Shown here piece by piece: positions 9,605 through 17,607 of a DNA stretch of 64,000 nucleotides. The notes beneath the pieces are model-generated. The model saw only the letters and a list, made by a program, of their open reading frames with translations, was not told where the DNA came from and made no database searches. Each line of letters opens with the position of its first letter. Within the stretch, counting starts at the first letter, position 1. Source of the DNA: an uncultured Gammaproteobacteria bacterium (GTDB lineage Bacteria; Patescibacteriota; Patescibacteriia; UBA9570); assembly GCA_964385285.1 (NCBI GenBank), contig CAYLOJ010000002.1:559-64558 (forward strand). The letters are read 5' to 3'. The position numbers were made by a program, and so were the translations under genes.

Positions 9605-9725
9605 GCTAAGGATTTGAAGGGTATCCGAAGAAAGTGCCGGTGGCACTTTGTGAGGAACCCAGGCCGTGAAGGAACTCTGAGCCGGCTTGCGGCGAAGAGT
9701 AGGTGAACGGAAATCCCAGCTCCTC
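9605..9725. mobile_element. tRNA T-arm-bounded structured mini-element (MITE-like)
   Basis: Starts with an inverted T-arm copy GCTAAGGATTTGAA and ends with a direct copy AAATCCCAGCTCCT. Internal hairpins: AAAGTGCC/GGCACTTT and ACTCT..GCCG/CGGC..AGAGT. Confidence 0.55.
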
Positions 9726-9801
9726 AGGATATCACCCTACTGTTCTTTGAAGCATTGAGCATGATACACTGTAAACAATTTGATATTAGAAATGAATTCA
9801 A

Positions 9802-10689
9802 ATGAGCGATAAGTTAACACGTCAGAGTATATATTCTCAGATATCTCAGTCAATGCGATCTAGCTTTGAAGAATCAAGACAGCTGCCCCATCCAGGAGAA
9901 AAAGGTAGAGCTGCGGAGCTGGTTTTGCGTAACTTCTTATCAAAACATCTGCCAAAACGTTTTGAAGTTTGCTCAGGTTTTATTTTAGATAAAGAGGATA
10001 ATGTTTCTGGTCAAACAGATGTAATAATCTACGATTCTTTAAATTGCCCAGTCTATTCTGTTCATGATGACCTGAGAATTATTCCAAGTGATAACGTTGC
10101 TGCCGTAGTAGAAGTGAAGTCAACGCTCAGGAATCAAGATTTTAATGATGCAGCGACTAAGGCATCAGTAATAAAGCATTTAGTTAAAACACCTGAACAA
10201 CCATCTAAAGAGATGGTCTTAACCAATACTTATGTTTCTTTGTTTGCATTTGACAGCGACCTTCCAAAGGAGAAAGTATGCGAACTTCATGCCACTTCAG
10301 TAAATGGTCGTGGATTAACTTGGCATCTTGATTCTGTATGCATTCTAGATAAAGTAATTAGCTATACGTCTGTAGAAATCGAACAACAAACACAAGGTCC
10401 ACAACCCATGGAACTTTCAGCCTTGAATCCTGCTGTTACTCGAGATAGATTGACTAAATTTAGTATCAGCGCTGAAGAAAAGAACCAGGACAGTCTAGAA
10501 ATATGGTTGCGTTTACTGCTAGCACACTTATCATTCTTTCGACACCGCGTTGACCATCCTGGCTTTGATTGGGACCGTAGCACACTCACGTGCGTATCTT
10601 TATTTGATATGCCTAGACGAAACCCAGAACGGAATGATCCTTGCTATTGCCTATCAGGCAATAAGTGGAAGTACTGTCATGGCGCTTAG
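9802..10689 (+). CDS. DUF6602-like (PD-(D/E)xK nuclease-fold) protein with C-terminal SEC-C zinc motif
   Basis: HPGEKG..AE..LRNFL, SGQTDVIIYD, VVEVKSTL; ends in RNDPCYCLSGNKWKYCHG. Confidence 0.7.
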   Translation: MSDKLTRQSIYSQISQSMRSSFEESRQLPHPGEKGRAAELVLRNFLSKHLPKRFEVCSGFILDKEDNVSGQTDVIIYDSLNCPVYSVHDDLRIIPSDNVAAVVEVKSTLRNQDFNDAATKASVIKHLVKTPEQPSKEMVLTNTYVSLFAFDSDLPKEKVCELHATSVNGRGLTWHLDSVCILDKVISYTSVEIEQQTQGPQPMELSALNPAVTRDRLTKFSISAEEKNQDSLEIWLRLLLAHLSFFRHRVDHPGFDWDRSTLTCVSLFDMPRRNPERNDPCYCLSGNKWKYCHGA

Positions 10690-10701
10690 GCTTAAAACCT
10701 A

Positions 10702-10765
10702 AAATCCCAGCTCCTGAGCATAAATAAAATCGCGCCCAGACGGGCGTGATTTTATTTTATTGTTC
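10702..10765 (+). repeat. Direct repeat copy 2 (tRNA-Asn 3' end plus terminator hairpin)
   Basis: AAATCCCAGCTCCTGAGCATAAATAAAATCGCGCCCAGACGGGCGTGATTTTATTTTATTGTTC. Confidence 0.9.
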
Positions 10766-10838
10766 CCTTGCTGGGCAATGAACCTATTGCACCGCAAGCA
10801 GTGTTTCGACGTATTCACATAGCCAATGGGATAATGTA

Positions 10839-10871
10839 AAGGCCACCGGAAACATCGTCTCCGGTGGCCTT
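10839..10871 (-). terminator. Hairpin terminator downstream of the GC-rich M23 gene
   Basis: 12-bp stem AAGGCCACCGGA/TCCGGTGGCCTT. Confidence 0.7.
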
Positions 10872-10945
10872 GCCGTGCCTCGCTTGGTCGACGCCTCGTC
10901 GCCGAGACGCCGACGCCTGTTGGGCACGGTGCCTACCTTCCCCCG

Positions 10946-13729
10946 CTACAGTCCGTTGCCGTAGCTGAAGCTCCAGCTGGCGCTGTTGCTGCAGGTCGAG
11001 CAGGTCCGCGGGATGCTGGTGTTGTTCAGCACGTAGAAGGTACCGCTACGCCGGACGATGATCTCGTCCTTACCGTCTCCGGTCAGGTCGGCGAAGTAGT
11101 AGTCGTCGCTGTCGCCATACCCGTAGGTGAAGTAGAAGTCGTCCCCGCCTTCGTGGGTCTGATCCACCGTGAAGAGGTTGCCCTCCCGGAAGGTCAGGTC
11201 GATCTCTCCGTCACCATTGAAGTCGGCCAGGTAGTAGTGCTGCGTACTGGTACCCCAACCGAAAGGGTAATACCACTCCTCGCCGCCCGCCGCGTTGTTG
11301 TCCACGACGAAGTAGCGAGTCGACCGCTGGATGGCCAAGGCGCCTCCGTTGCCGAAGTAGTGCCCAACATCACCGCTGACGCCGAAGTTGTAGGTGCGAT
11401 CCGTCTCTCCGTCCGCATCCTCGTCGAGGTAGAAGGTGCCGTAGCCGAACACCACCGCCACACCGTCGCCGGTGGAGAAGTAGGTTGCGCTGACACCATC
11501 ACCATAGGCGAAGACGTAGTCGCTGCTGCCGTCGAGGCCCTCATCGCAGAGGAGCATGTCCAGGCGCCGCAGGCACGGGTCGAGGATGCCGTCGTGGTCG
11601 GAGTCGATGAACAGGTACTGATCTTCCGGACCAGTCCAACTGTCGATCACCCACTCGTTGTTGTCCAAGGTGACACCGATCCCGTCGGAGTCATCATCCG
11701 GTTCGTAGTCGATCGCCTGGAAGCAGACGTTGTCGTTCGTGACCGTAGATTGGAGCTGGACCGATTGAGCCGCCTCGCTGAACCACAGCCCTTGGAAGGT
11801 GTCCGTGGCTGAGTCCAGTGTGAGGTCGTAGCACTCCAGCAGATCGCCCGTTGCGTAGGGGCCGCTGTAGCCACAGGCCGTCATCGGCTGTTCGAGACTG
11901 TACGTCACCAACCCCAGCGTGCTGAAGGTGTGGTCGAACGTCAGGGTCAACTGGGTCTGGTCGTGGCTGTTCGCCATGATGCAGGCATAGTTGCCCCAGG
12001 AGTACTGCATCCAATCTCCCTGGTTGAGGGACAGGATGAAGTGTCCGAAGTCCCAGCCACTGGGGATCAAGGTACCGCTCGCCGCTTCGTCAAAGTGTTC
12101 GCCGTCGAGATGATCCAGACCGGTTTCGGTCAAGAAGTCCTCGAAGTCGAGCTCAACTCCGCTCAGAGCGACCGAGTTGTTGTCGATGACGCCATCACAG
12201 TCGTTGTCGACGCCGTCGTACCACTCCCAGCTGTCCGGGTTGATGTTCGCATCGGTGTCGTCACAGTCACCATCGGCGACGCTGTCCCCATCGTTGTCGA
12301 GGTCATTGTCGTCCGCGGCGGCTGAATCCACATCGAGCGCGTCGTCGGTAATGCTGAACGCAGAGTAGATGCAGGTGAGCTGGGAGTTGTTGGTGATGGT
12401 TGCACTGCCCTCGCTCAGATCGTAGTAGACGACCCGTTGGTAGCCAGCGGCGTTGGTGCCGCTGAAGGTCTGCAGGTAGCGGTCTCCGTTCGCGCAGACA
12501 CCCCCCGTGGGGTAGCCGAAGTGCTTGGAGGCACCGTACTTCTCGTACTTGCGCGCGATGGCATAGGAAACGACGTCGTCCCAACCTCCGCTGGTGAACT
12601 CACCCGGTGCGAAGCCGCTCGGGTAGTCGAGCACGTCCACCGGATTCGCTCCGGTGTTGGTGTCGTCCGGGTGGTAGGTCACACGACAGTCCTGGAAATC
12701 CTGCACCCACTTGTGGCCCTTGCCGTAGACGTTGGTGATGGGATTGCCGCAGTACTGCGGATCATGGGACGTGGAGCCCTGCGGACCGTTGGTCTGCAAC
12801 CAGCCGGACCACTGCTGCGCTTGCACAACGTAGGCGTGGTTTGCACCGCCCCAATCGTCGAAGACGACGGCGCCAGTGCAGGAGCCCGTGTAGTCCTGGG
12901 TGTAGAGCGTGGTGTACTCGTAGTTGCCCGTGCGGCAATCCCGACAGGTTGAGGACTGGCTCGGCGTCTGGCCGCTGCTGTAGCCCCACCAGTGCAAGGT
13001 TCCATTGGCGCTGCTGATGCAGATGCCCGGACTCTCCTTGGTGCCCGTCGCCGAGTTCTTCCGCTTGTTGTGCTTGTTGTAGGTACCGAAGTCGGTAGTG
13101 AGAGCGGTGGAGATGAGAGTGGAGGTGGAGGTAGAACTACCAGGGAGAACCGGAGGACACTGAGTCCACAAGTTGTCATCTCCACACCCAGTATCTTCGT
13201 TGTAGATGTCGGGGTAGATTTCCTGAGTGGAATACAGGTCGTAGGGGTCAAGATTTTCACCGCACCCAGGCTGACCGTAGCTATCCTCACTGACTTCGTA
13301 GTGGAGGTGAAGATAGCCATTCGAAGCATTACCACTCTTGCCGGACATACCGAGATAATCACCCACACTGAAATACCCAGAGCTGAACTCGCAGCTCTCA
13401 AGGTGAGCATAGACAGTGTAGTAGGTGTGGGAGCCAGTAGCATAGCTACCCTTAGCGTACCAACCCCAACTGTCGCTCCAACCACACGTGTAGTTACCAT
13501 CATGGGAAGCGGTCACCTCGAAGGTCAACCACTGGCCAGAGGTCCCCTTGCGGTAATCAATGCCGCAATGGTTCGCGGTAGTATAGTCGTAGATCCAACC
13601 CTGCTGAACATAAACAGCAGCATCATTGGTCGGCAAGTACAGATAGTTCGGCGAATCGGCCTTGGCAGGCACAGTGAACAGGAACAGAGCCAAGATGCTC
13701 AGAACGAGGATGCGCAAAGAGCGTTCCAT
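10946..13729 (-). CDS. GC-rich secreted multidomain protein: M23 peptidase, LGFP-like segments, MopE-like repeat, FG-GAP-like C-terminal repeats
   Basis: Signal peptide; HCGID, YAHL and HLHYEV (M23); GNPIT..QDFQ and FGYPTG; DCDD..INP..E..DGVDNDCDG; ADFNGDG and ADLTGDGKDEI. GAGGT upstream of the ATG. Confidence 0.8.
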   Translation of the reverse strand: MERSLRILVLSILALFLFTVPAKADSPNYLYLPTNDAAVYVQQGWIYDYTTANHCGIDYRKGTSGQWLTFEVTASHDGNYTCGWSDSWGWYAKGSYATGSHTYYTVYAHLESCEFSSGYFSVGDYLGMSGKSGNASNGYLHLHYEVSEDSYGQPGCGENLDPYDLYSTQEIYPDIYNEDTGCGDDNLWTQCPPVLPGSSTSTSTLISTALTTDFGTYNKHNKRKNSATGTKESPGICISSANGTLHWWGYSSGQTPSQSSTCRDCRTGNYEYTTLYTQDYTGSCTGAVVFDDWGGANHAYVVQAQQWSGWLQTNGPQGSTSHDPQYCGNPITNVYGKGHKWVQDFQDCRVTYHPDDTNTGANPVDVLDYPSGFAPGEFTSGGWDDVVSYAIARKYEKYGASKHFGYPTGGVCANGDRYLQTFSGTNAAGYQRVVYYDLSEGSATITNNSQLTCIYSAFSITDDALDVDSAAADDNDLDNDGDSVADGDCDDTDANINPDSWEWYDGVDNDCDGVIDNNSVALSGVELDFEDFLTETGLDHLDGEHFDEAASGTLIPSGWDFGHFILSLNQGDWMQYSWGNYACIMANSHDQTQLTLTFDHTFSTLGLVTYSLEQPMTACGYSGPYATGDLLECYDLTLDSATDTFQGLWFSEAAQSVQLQSTVTNDNVCFQAIDYEPDDDSDGIGVTLDNNEWVIDSWTGPEDQYLFIDSDHDGILDPCLRRLDMLLCDEGLDGSSDYVFAYGDGVSATYFSTGDGVAVVFGYGTFYLDEDADGETDRTYNFGVSGDVGHYFGNGGALAIQRSTRYFVVDNNAAGGEEWYYPFGWGTSTQHYYLADFNGDGEIDLTFREGNLFTVDQTHEGGDDFYFTYGYGDSDDYYFADLTGDGKDEIIVRRSGTFYVLNNTSIPRTCSTCSNSASWSFSYGNGL

Positions 13730-13785
13730 GATGACCTCACAACAGATTGTAAAAGTACGTCCTAGCTAGGAGGATTCCTGAACTA

Positions 13786-13819
13786 GCCATACCAATCCAA
13801 TGGTTGGATTGGTAGTGGC
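13786..13819 (-). terminator. Hairpin after the PsbP-like lipoprotein gene
   Basis: GCCA-TACCAATCCAA-TGG-TTGGATTGGTA-G-TGGC. Confidence 0.6.
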
Positions 13820-13823
13820 CAAG

Positions 13824-14612
13824 TCAGGAATTGGTTTGAAATGTGTGCACAATATTTAATAAGTCATTTTGGTCATAATTGCCATTATTTGTTTCCATTG
13901 TAAAAACTACACTTTGGACTGGCTTACCCATGTTCGTTAATTCAGCATCCGGGAGCGGAATGTAAATATAGTGGTAATTTGAGTTGCCTTCCCAGCTTTT
14001 TTTCAGGTAAACATTAGTTGCTACAATATTGTTATCCAGTAGTGTTGTATCGCCAATTGTAAAAGCAAAACCTTGTTCACTAACTAAGTCAGAAACTTCA
14101 AGGTCAGAAACAGCAACTGAAATTAACTTACCTCTTGCAACTGATTCCATTACTCCTACTCCCATCACATCTGTTAGAGATTTGTAGTGATCAATTTCTG
14201 CAGTAATATCTGCGTTGTCAAGCGAAGTAGCAAATACTATATCTGTCGTATTGACCTGATATCGTGGGTTATCATATGATTTTTTATATTCTTCAAAGAT
14301 ATCGTTTGAAATTTGCCAGTCCTTTGGATACTTAAAACTAAATCCATATTTCTCATTTGTATATGTCTGCCAATCGGAAGTATCTAAATCTGAAACTTCA
14401 GTGTTGCTATTCTCGTTCAGATTGGTATTAGCAATGGCCTCGTTCACATTGTCATTCGCAGTGGTAGTATTTGTGACTGTGTTTGTATTGTTCACACTAG
14501 TATTCACCACTGCATTGGCATTGGTATTGGTCTTTGTATCAGTAACGCAGCCTGCGAGTGTGATGGCGCTCAAGGCTAGGGCTGGTAGTAGATAAGGTGG
14601 TTTGTATGTCAT
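13824..14612 (-). CDS. AT-rich lipoprotein with Asn/Thr linker and PsbP-like domain
   Basis: Lipobox LAGC; WQTYTNEKYGFSFKYPKDW motif. Confidence 0.75.
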   Translation of the reverse strand: MTYKPPYLLPALALSAITLAGCVTDTKTNTNANAVVNTSVNNTNTVTNTTTANDNVNEAIANTNLNENSNTEVSDLDTSDWQTYTNEKYGFSFKYPKDWQISNDIFEEYKKSYDNPRYQVNTTDIVFATSLDNADITAEIDHYKSLTDVMGVGVMESVARGKLISVAVSDLEVSDLVSEQGFAFTIGDTTLLDNNIVATNVYLKKSWEGNSNYHYIYIPLPDAELTNMGKPVQSVVFTMETNNGNYDQNDLLNIVHTFQTNS

Positions 14613-14758
14613 AAGCTGAATGTGGATAATTATGAATGTGTTAGATCAGGTTAGTTTGGCATAGTGGATACTAATGTAGATTTCTGGTATTCACTGCAAT
14701 ACTAGTGAAAGTGTCATCTTAGTGTACGGGACGCCCAAAATTGATCAATAGTTCTGTC

Positions 14759-14841
14759 GCGACGGCGCTATGCAAAAAACACTACTTTATCTAAGCAGAG
14801 TAGAATAATCTGCGAACAGTTGTGTTATCCCCAGACGGCGC
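14759..14841. repeat. 83-bp element, copy 1
   Basis: 64/83 identical with no indel to 16093-16175; GACGGCGC at both ends; central CTACTTT-N8-AGAGTAG. Confidence 0.85.
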
Positions 14842-14904
14842 TAAAGTACACATCGGCAAGTATTTGAGTCCACAAAAGATATATGACAGTATCTGATTGC
14901 TCTT

Positions 14905-16047
14905 CTACCTGGATGGGGTTAACAAAGTTCTGTAAATGCGATTATACTCAGTGACAAAATAAAGATAGTTTTCAGTCAATACCATATCATTAATGCTAGC
15001 GTCATGTGTAGACCCAATTTGTTTCCAATTAGTAAAGTCTTTCGTACTTAGCACAACACTTTGTCCAGTATCATTCAGTGCTGACAGATATATTAATTCA
15101 GAGCTGCTATCAAAAAGTATGTGATCTTGAACTTTGAATCCAGTTATTCTCAATTTTTTCCAAGTTGTCCCTGCATCAGCTGAGTAGTATAATATACGAC
15201 GCTCTCCTTGCTCGAAGTATTCAAAAATATAGTTGCCTATTAAACCAACGTCCGTAGGACTAGTTTGAAATTTTTTAATGGATTGCCAGTGCGTGGCGTC
15301 ATCAGATATAAATAACTTTTTATTTGACTGAAGATATATTTTTTGATTAAAAACAAAAGAATGAACTGGCATGATAACTTCATGATCTGGCACATTCTGA
15401 TAATCAAGTACATCTGATTGGTTTGATTTTAGCGTATATGCACCCAAACGTTGGTTGCGGCTTCCAAAAAAATAGTACTTACCATTAAAGCGTACGCCCG
15501 ACATTTCCAATAAGTATGATTCTACCGTTGGCAATAATACAGCCTTTGAATCGCCCACGCCATGATGAAACTTGGTAACGACAAGCTGACTAGAACCACA
15601 AGAAGTATAAAGCCACTCTTTATAAGAGAAGAAATATTGTTGGCTTTGAGTGTAATAACAGTTATTCAAGAAAGTGATGGTGTTATTAGTCGTGATCCTG
15701 TACAAACCATCCCCAAAGTAAACATACAATGCATTGTTGTAGACAACTGCTGGTTTATGCCCAACCTGGTAGCTAGAGTAATCAAACGAACCTTGAAGTA
15801 GATAGCTCCAACCAGCTTGCGTCAGTGTTGCGAATGTGTAGGGATACGATGAACTTATGGGCCCCCCACTATCATAGTGAGTAAAGTAAATAGTATTATT
15901 GAAACTGTATAAGTGCTGGCTTGCATTGGAATAAGGGCTAATAATTTCTGGAGAAACATCTTCCCAGGTTGCATCAACGACATCCATAGCAAAACCCCTA
16001 CAGGGTAACAATAACAGTGCTGCTAAAACGATACATTTATAATCCAT
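14905..16047 (-). CDS. AT-rich secreted protein, probable beta-propeller with Asp-box motifs
   Basis: Start reassigned to MDYKCIVL (signal peptide); SDDATHW, SADAGTTW and STKDFTNW Asp-box-like motifs. Confidence 0.65.
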   Translation of the reverse strand: MDYKCIVLAALLLLPCRGFAMDVVDATWEDVSPEIISPYSNASQHLYSFNNTIYFTHYDSGGPISSSYPYTFATLTQAGWSYLLQGSFDYSSYQVGHKPAVVYNNALYVYFGDGLYRITTNNTITFLNNCYYTQSQQYFFSYKEWLYTSCGSSQLVVTKFHHGVGDSKAVLLPTVESYLLEMSGVRFNGKYYFFGSRNQRLGAYTLKSNQSDVLDYQNVPDHEVIMPVHSFVFNQKIYLQSNKKLFISDDATHWQSIKKFQTSPTDVGLIGNYIFEYFEQGERRILYYSADAGTTWKKLRITGFKVQDHILFDSSSELIYLSALNDTGQSVVLSTKDFTNWKQIGSTHDASINDMVLTENYLYFVTEYNRIYRTLLTPSR

Positions 16048-16092
16048 ATGTGCAGCATAAAAGTTCACACCAATAAACACAAGGGCGCTGAT

Positions 16093-16175
16093 GCGACGGC
16101 GCAAGGGCAAAAACGCTACTTTCATCAAGCAGAGTAAAATAATTTACGCATGAATGAGTTTTCCCCAGACGGCGC
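16093..16175. repeat. 83-bp element, copy 2
   Basis: See copy 1; central CTACTTT-CATCAAGC-AGAGTAA. Confidence 0.85.
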
Positions 16176-16317
16176 ACTCATGGCACGGAACGTTCTCATA
16201 ACTTCTTCCGAGATGGTGTCTACCATGAGGTCAGAATTTGGCCAGTTTTTGTTTTGCGCTATAAAAAAAACACAAACTTTGCTAAGGTATAAATATAATC
16301 AATAACTGAATGCACTT

Positions 16318-16689
16318 ATGGCTAAAGGTACTTACGTCGACGGTTTCGTCATTGCGATTCCAAAGAAGAATACAGCCAAGTATAAGGCGATGGCTAAAGA
16401 AGGACTCACCATTTGGAAAAAATTCGGAGCGCTAGATTACAAAGAATGTATCTTTGATCAAACACCGCCGCAAGTTAGTCTGACCTTTAAGAAATTGATT
16501 AACGCCAAACCGACGGAAACCGTTTGGTTTTCATTTGTGACCTATAAATCGAAAGCCCATCGCGATGCCGTGAATAAAAAAGTGATGGCGTATTTTGCGA
16601 AAAAATATAGTGACGCCGATCTGATGAACATGCCCTTTGATATGAAGCGCATGGCGACTGGTGGGTTTAAAGTAGTAGTAGGGATTTAG
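16318..16689 (+). CDS. DUF1428 (YbaA-like) protein
   Basis: YVDGFVIAIP, GALDYKEC and MPFDMKRM..GGFK motifs. Confidence 0.85.
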   Translation: MAKGTYVDGFVIAIPKKNTAKYKAMAKEGLTIWKKFGALDYKECIFDQTPPQVSLTFKKLINAKPTETVWFSFVTYKSKAHRDAVNKKVMAYFAKKYSDADLMNMPFDMKRMATGGFKVVVGI

Positions 16690-16694
16690 AGTCT

Positions 16695-17576
16695 GTGCAA
16701 AAAATCGTTACCCATTTATGGTTCGATACACAAGCTAAAGAAGCTGCGGCTTTTTATGTAGATCTCTTTGGTGGAGATTCTAAAATTAAGCACAGCTCCA
16801 AGCTACAGGGCACGCCGTCTGGTGATGTGGATTTACTAGCGTTCACCTTGCTGGGGCAGGATTTTATGGCCATTAGTGCAGGACCCTATTTCAAATTTAA
16901 TCCATCCATTTCATTTCATGTGAAATGTAAAACGGTAGAACAGGTAAACCAGATCTGGAGTAAATTATCACCCGGTGGAAAAGTATTAATGGAGTTAGGT
17001 AAGTACCCATTTAGTGAACGCTACGGTTGGGTAGAAGATCGTTATGGATTATCTTGGCAAATTATCCATTCCGGAGATCAGCCGATTACGCAAGCGATTG
17101 TGCCGGTGTTGATGTTTACGAATAACGTCTGCGGTAAAGCTAAACCTGCTATGGAGTTTTATACCTCAGTCTTTCACAACGCAAAGATTCACTTTACGGC
17201 TCCGTATGGTGTTGGCGCCGAACCCGATGCACCGGACAGTATTAAGTATGGCCATTTCAGTATGGAAGGCCAAGAGTTTGGTGCTATGGATAGCGCGCGG
17301 CAGCATGACTTCAATTTTAATGAAGCTATATCCTTTCTTGTGCGTTGTGATACCCAAGCCGAAATTGATTACTATTGGGAAAAATTGTCAGCCGTTCCTG
17401 AAGCGGAACAATGTGGTTGGCTAAAGGATCAATTTGGTGTGTCTTGGCAAATTTCACCGACAGTGATGGAAACAATGCTACAAACTACCGATCAGGCCAA
17501 GCTTGACCGGGTGACCAAGGCGTTTTTGCAAATGAAAAAATTTGATCTTGCCGCTTTGGAGCAATCCAGTCAGTAG
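16695..17576 (+). CDS. VOC-family protein, tandem PhnB/3-dmu-9-like domains
   Basis: QKIVTHLWFD..AKEAA.FY, YGWVEDRYGLSWQ, CGWLKDQFGVSWQ. Confidence 0.88.
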   Translation: MQKIVTHLWFDTQAKEAAAFYVDLFGGDSKIKHSSKLQGTPSGDVDLLAFTLLGQDFMAISAGPYFKFNPSISFHVKCKTVEQVNQIWSKLSPGGKVLMELGKYPFSERYGWVEDRYGLSWQIIHSGDQPITQAIVPVLMFTNNVCGKAKPAMEFYTSVFHNAKIHFTAPYGVGAEPDAPDSIKYGHFSMEGQEFGAMDSARQHDFNFNEAISFLVRCDTQAEIDYYWEKLSAVPEAEQCGWLKDQFGVSWQISPTVMETMLQTTDQAKLDRVTKAFLQMKKFDLAALEQSSQ

Positions 17577-17607
17577 GTGATCGATCAATTTCTGCTATAC
17601 TGCACAG

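Larger units (their letters stand above)
9536..10765. mobile_element. Integrase-less ~1.2-kb islet at tRNA-Asn
   Basis: Bounded by the 64-bp direct repeat; carries a structured mini-element and one AT-rich gene. Confidence 0.65.

Noticed and set aside
9431-9646. 71-aa minus-strand ORF
   Set aside because: Antisense to tRNA-Asn and its terminator.
11153-13765. Many long overlapping ORFs within the M23 gene
   Set aside because: Same stop-codon depletion effect; only the 927-aa frame has a signal peptide and domain motifs.
14621-14830. DnaA-box-like words (TGTGGATAA at 14621, TTATCCCCA near 14825; similar near 23610) as oriC
   Set aside because: Too few and scattered; no dnaA/dnaN nearby; no parS recognised either.
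14759-16175. CRISPR array or integron attC reading of the 83-bp repeats
   Set aside because: Only two copies separated by a whole gene; no cas or intI; no RYYYAAC/GTTRRRY ends or long dyad.
8500-16200. Prophage
   Set aside because: No integrase, terminase, capsid or tail genes.
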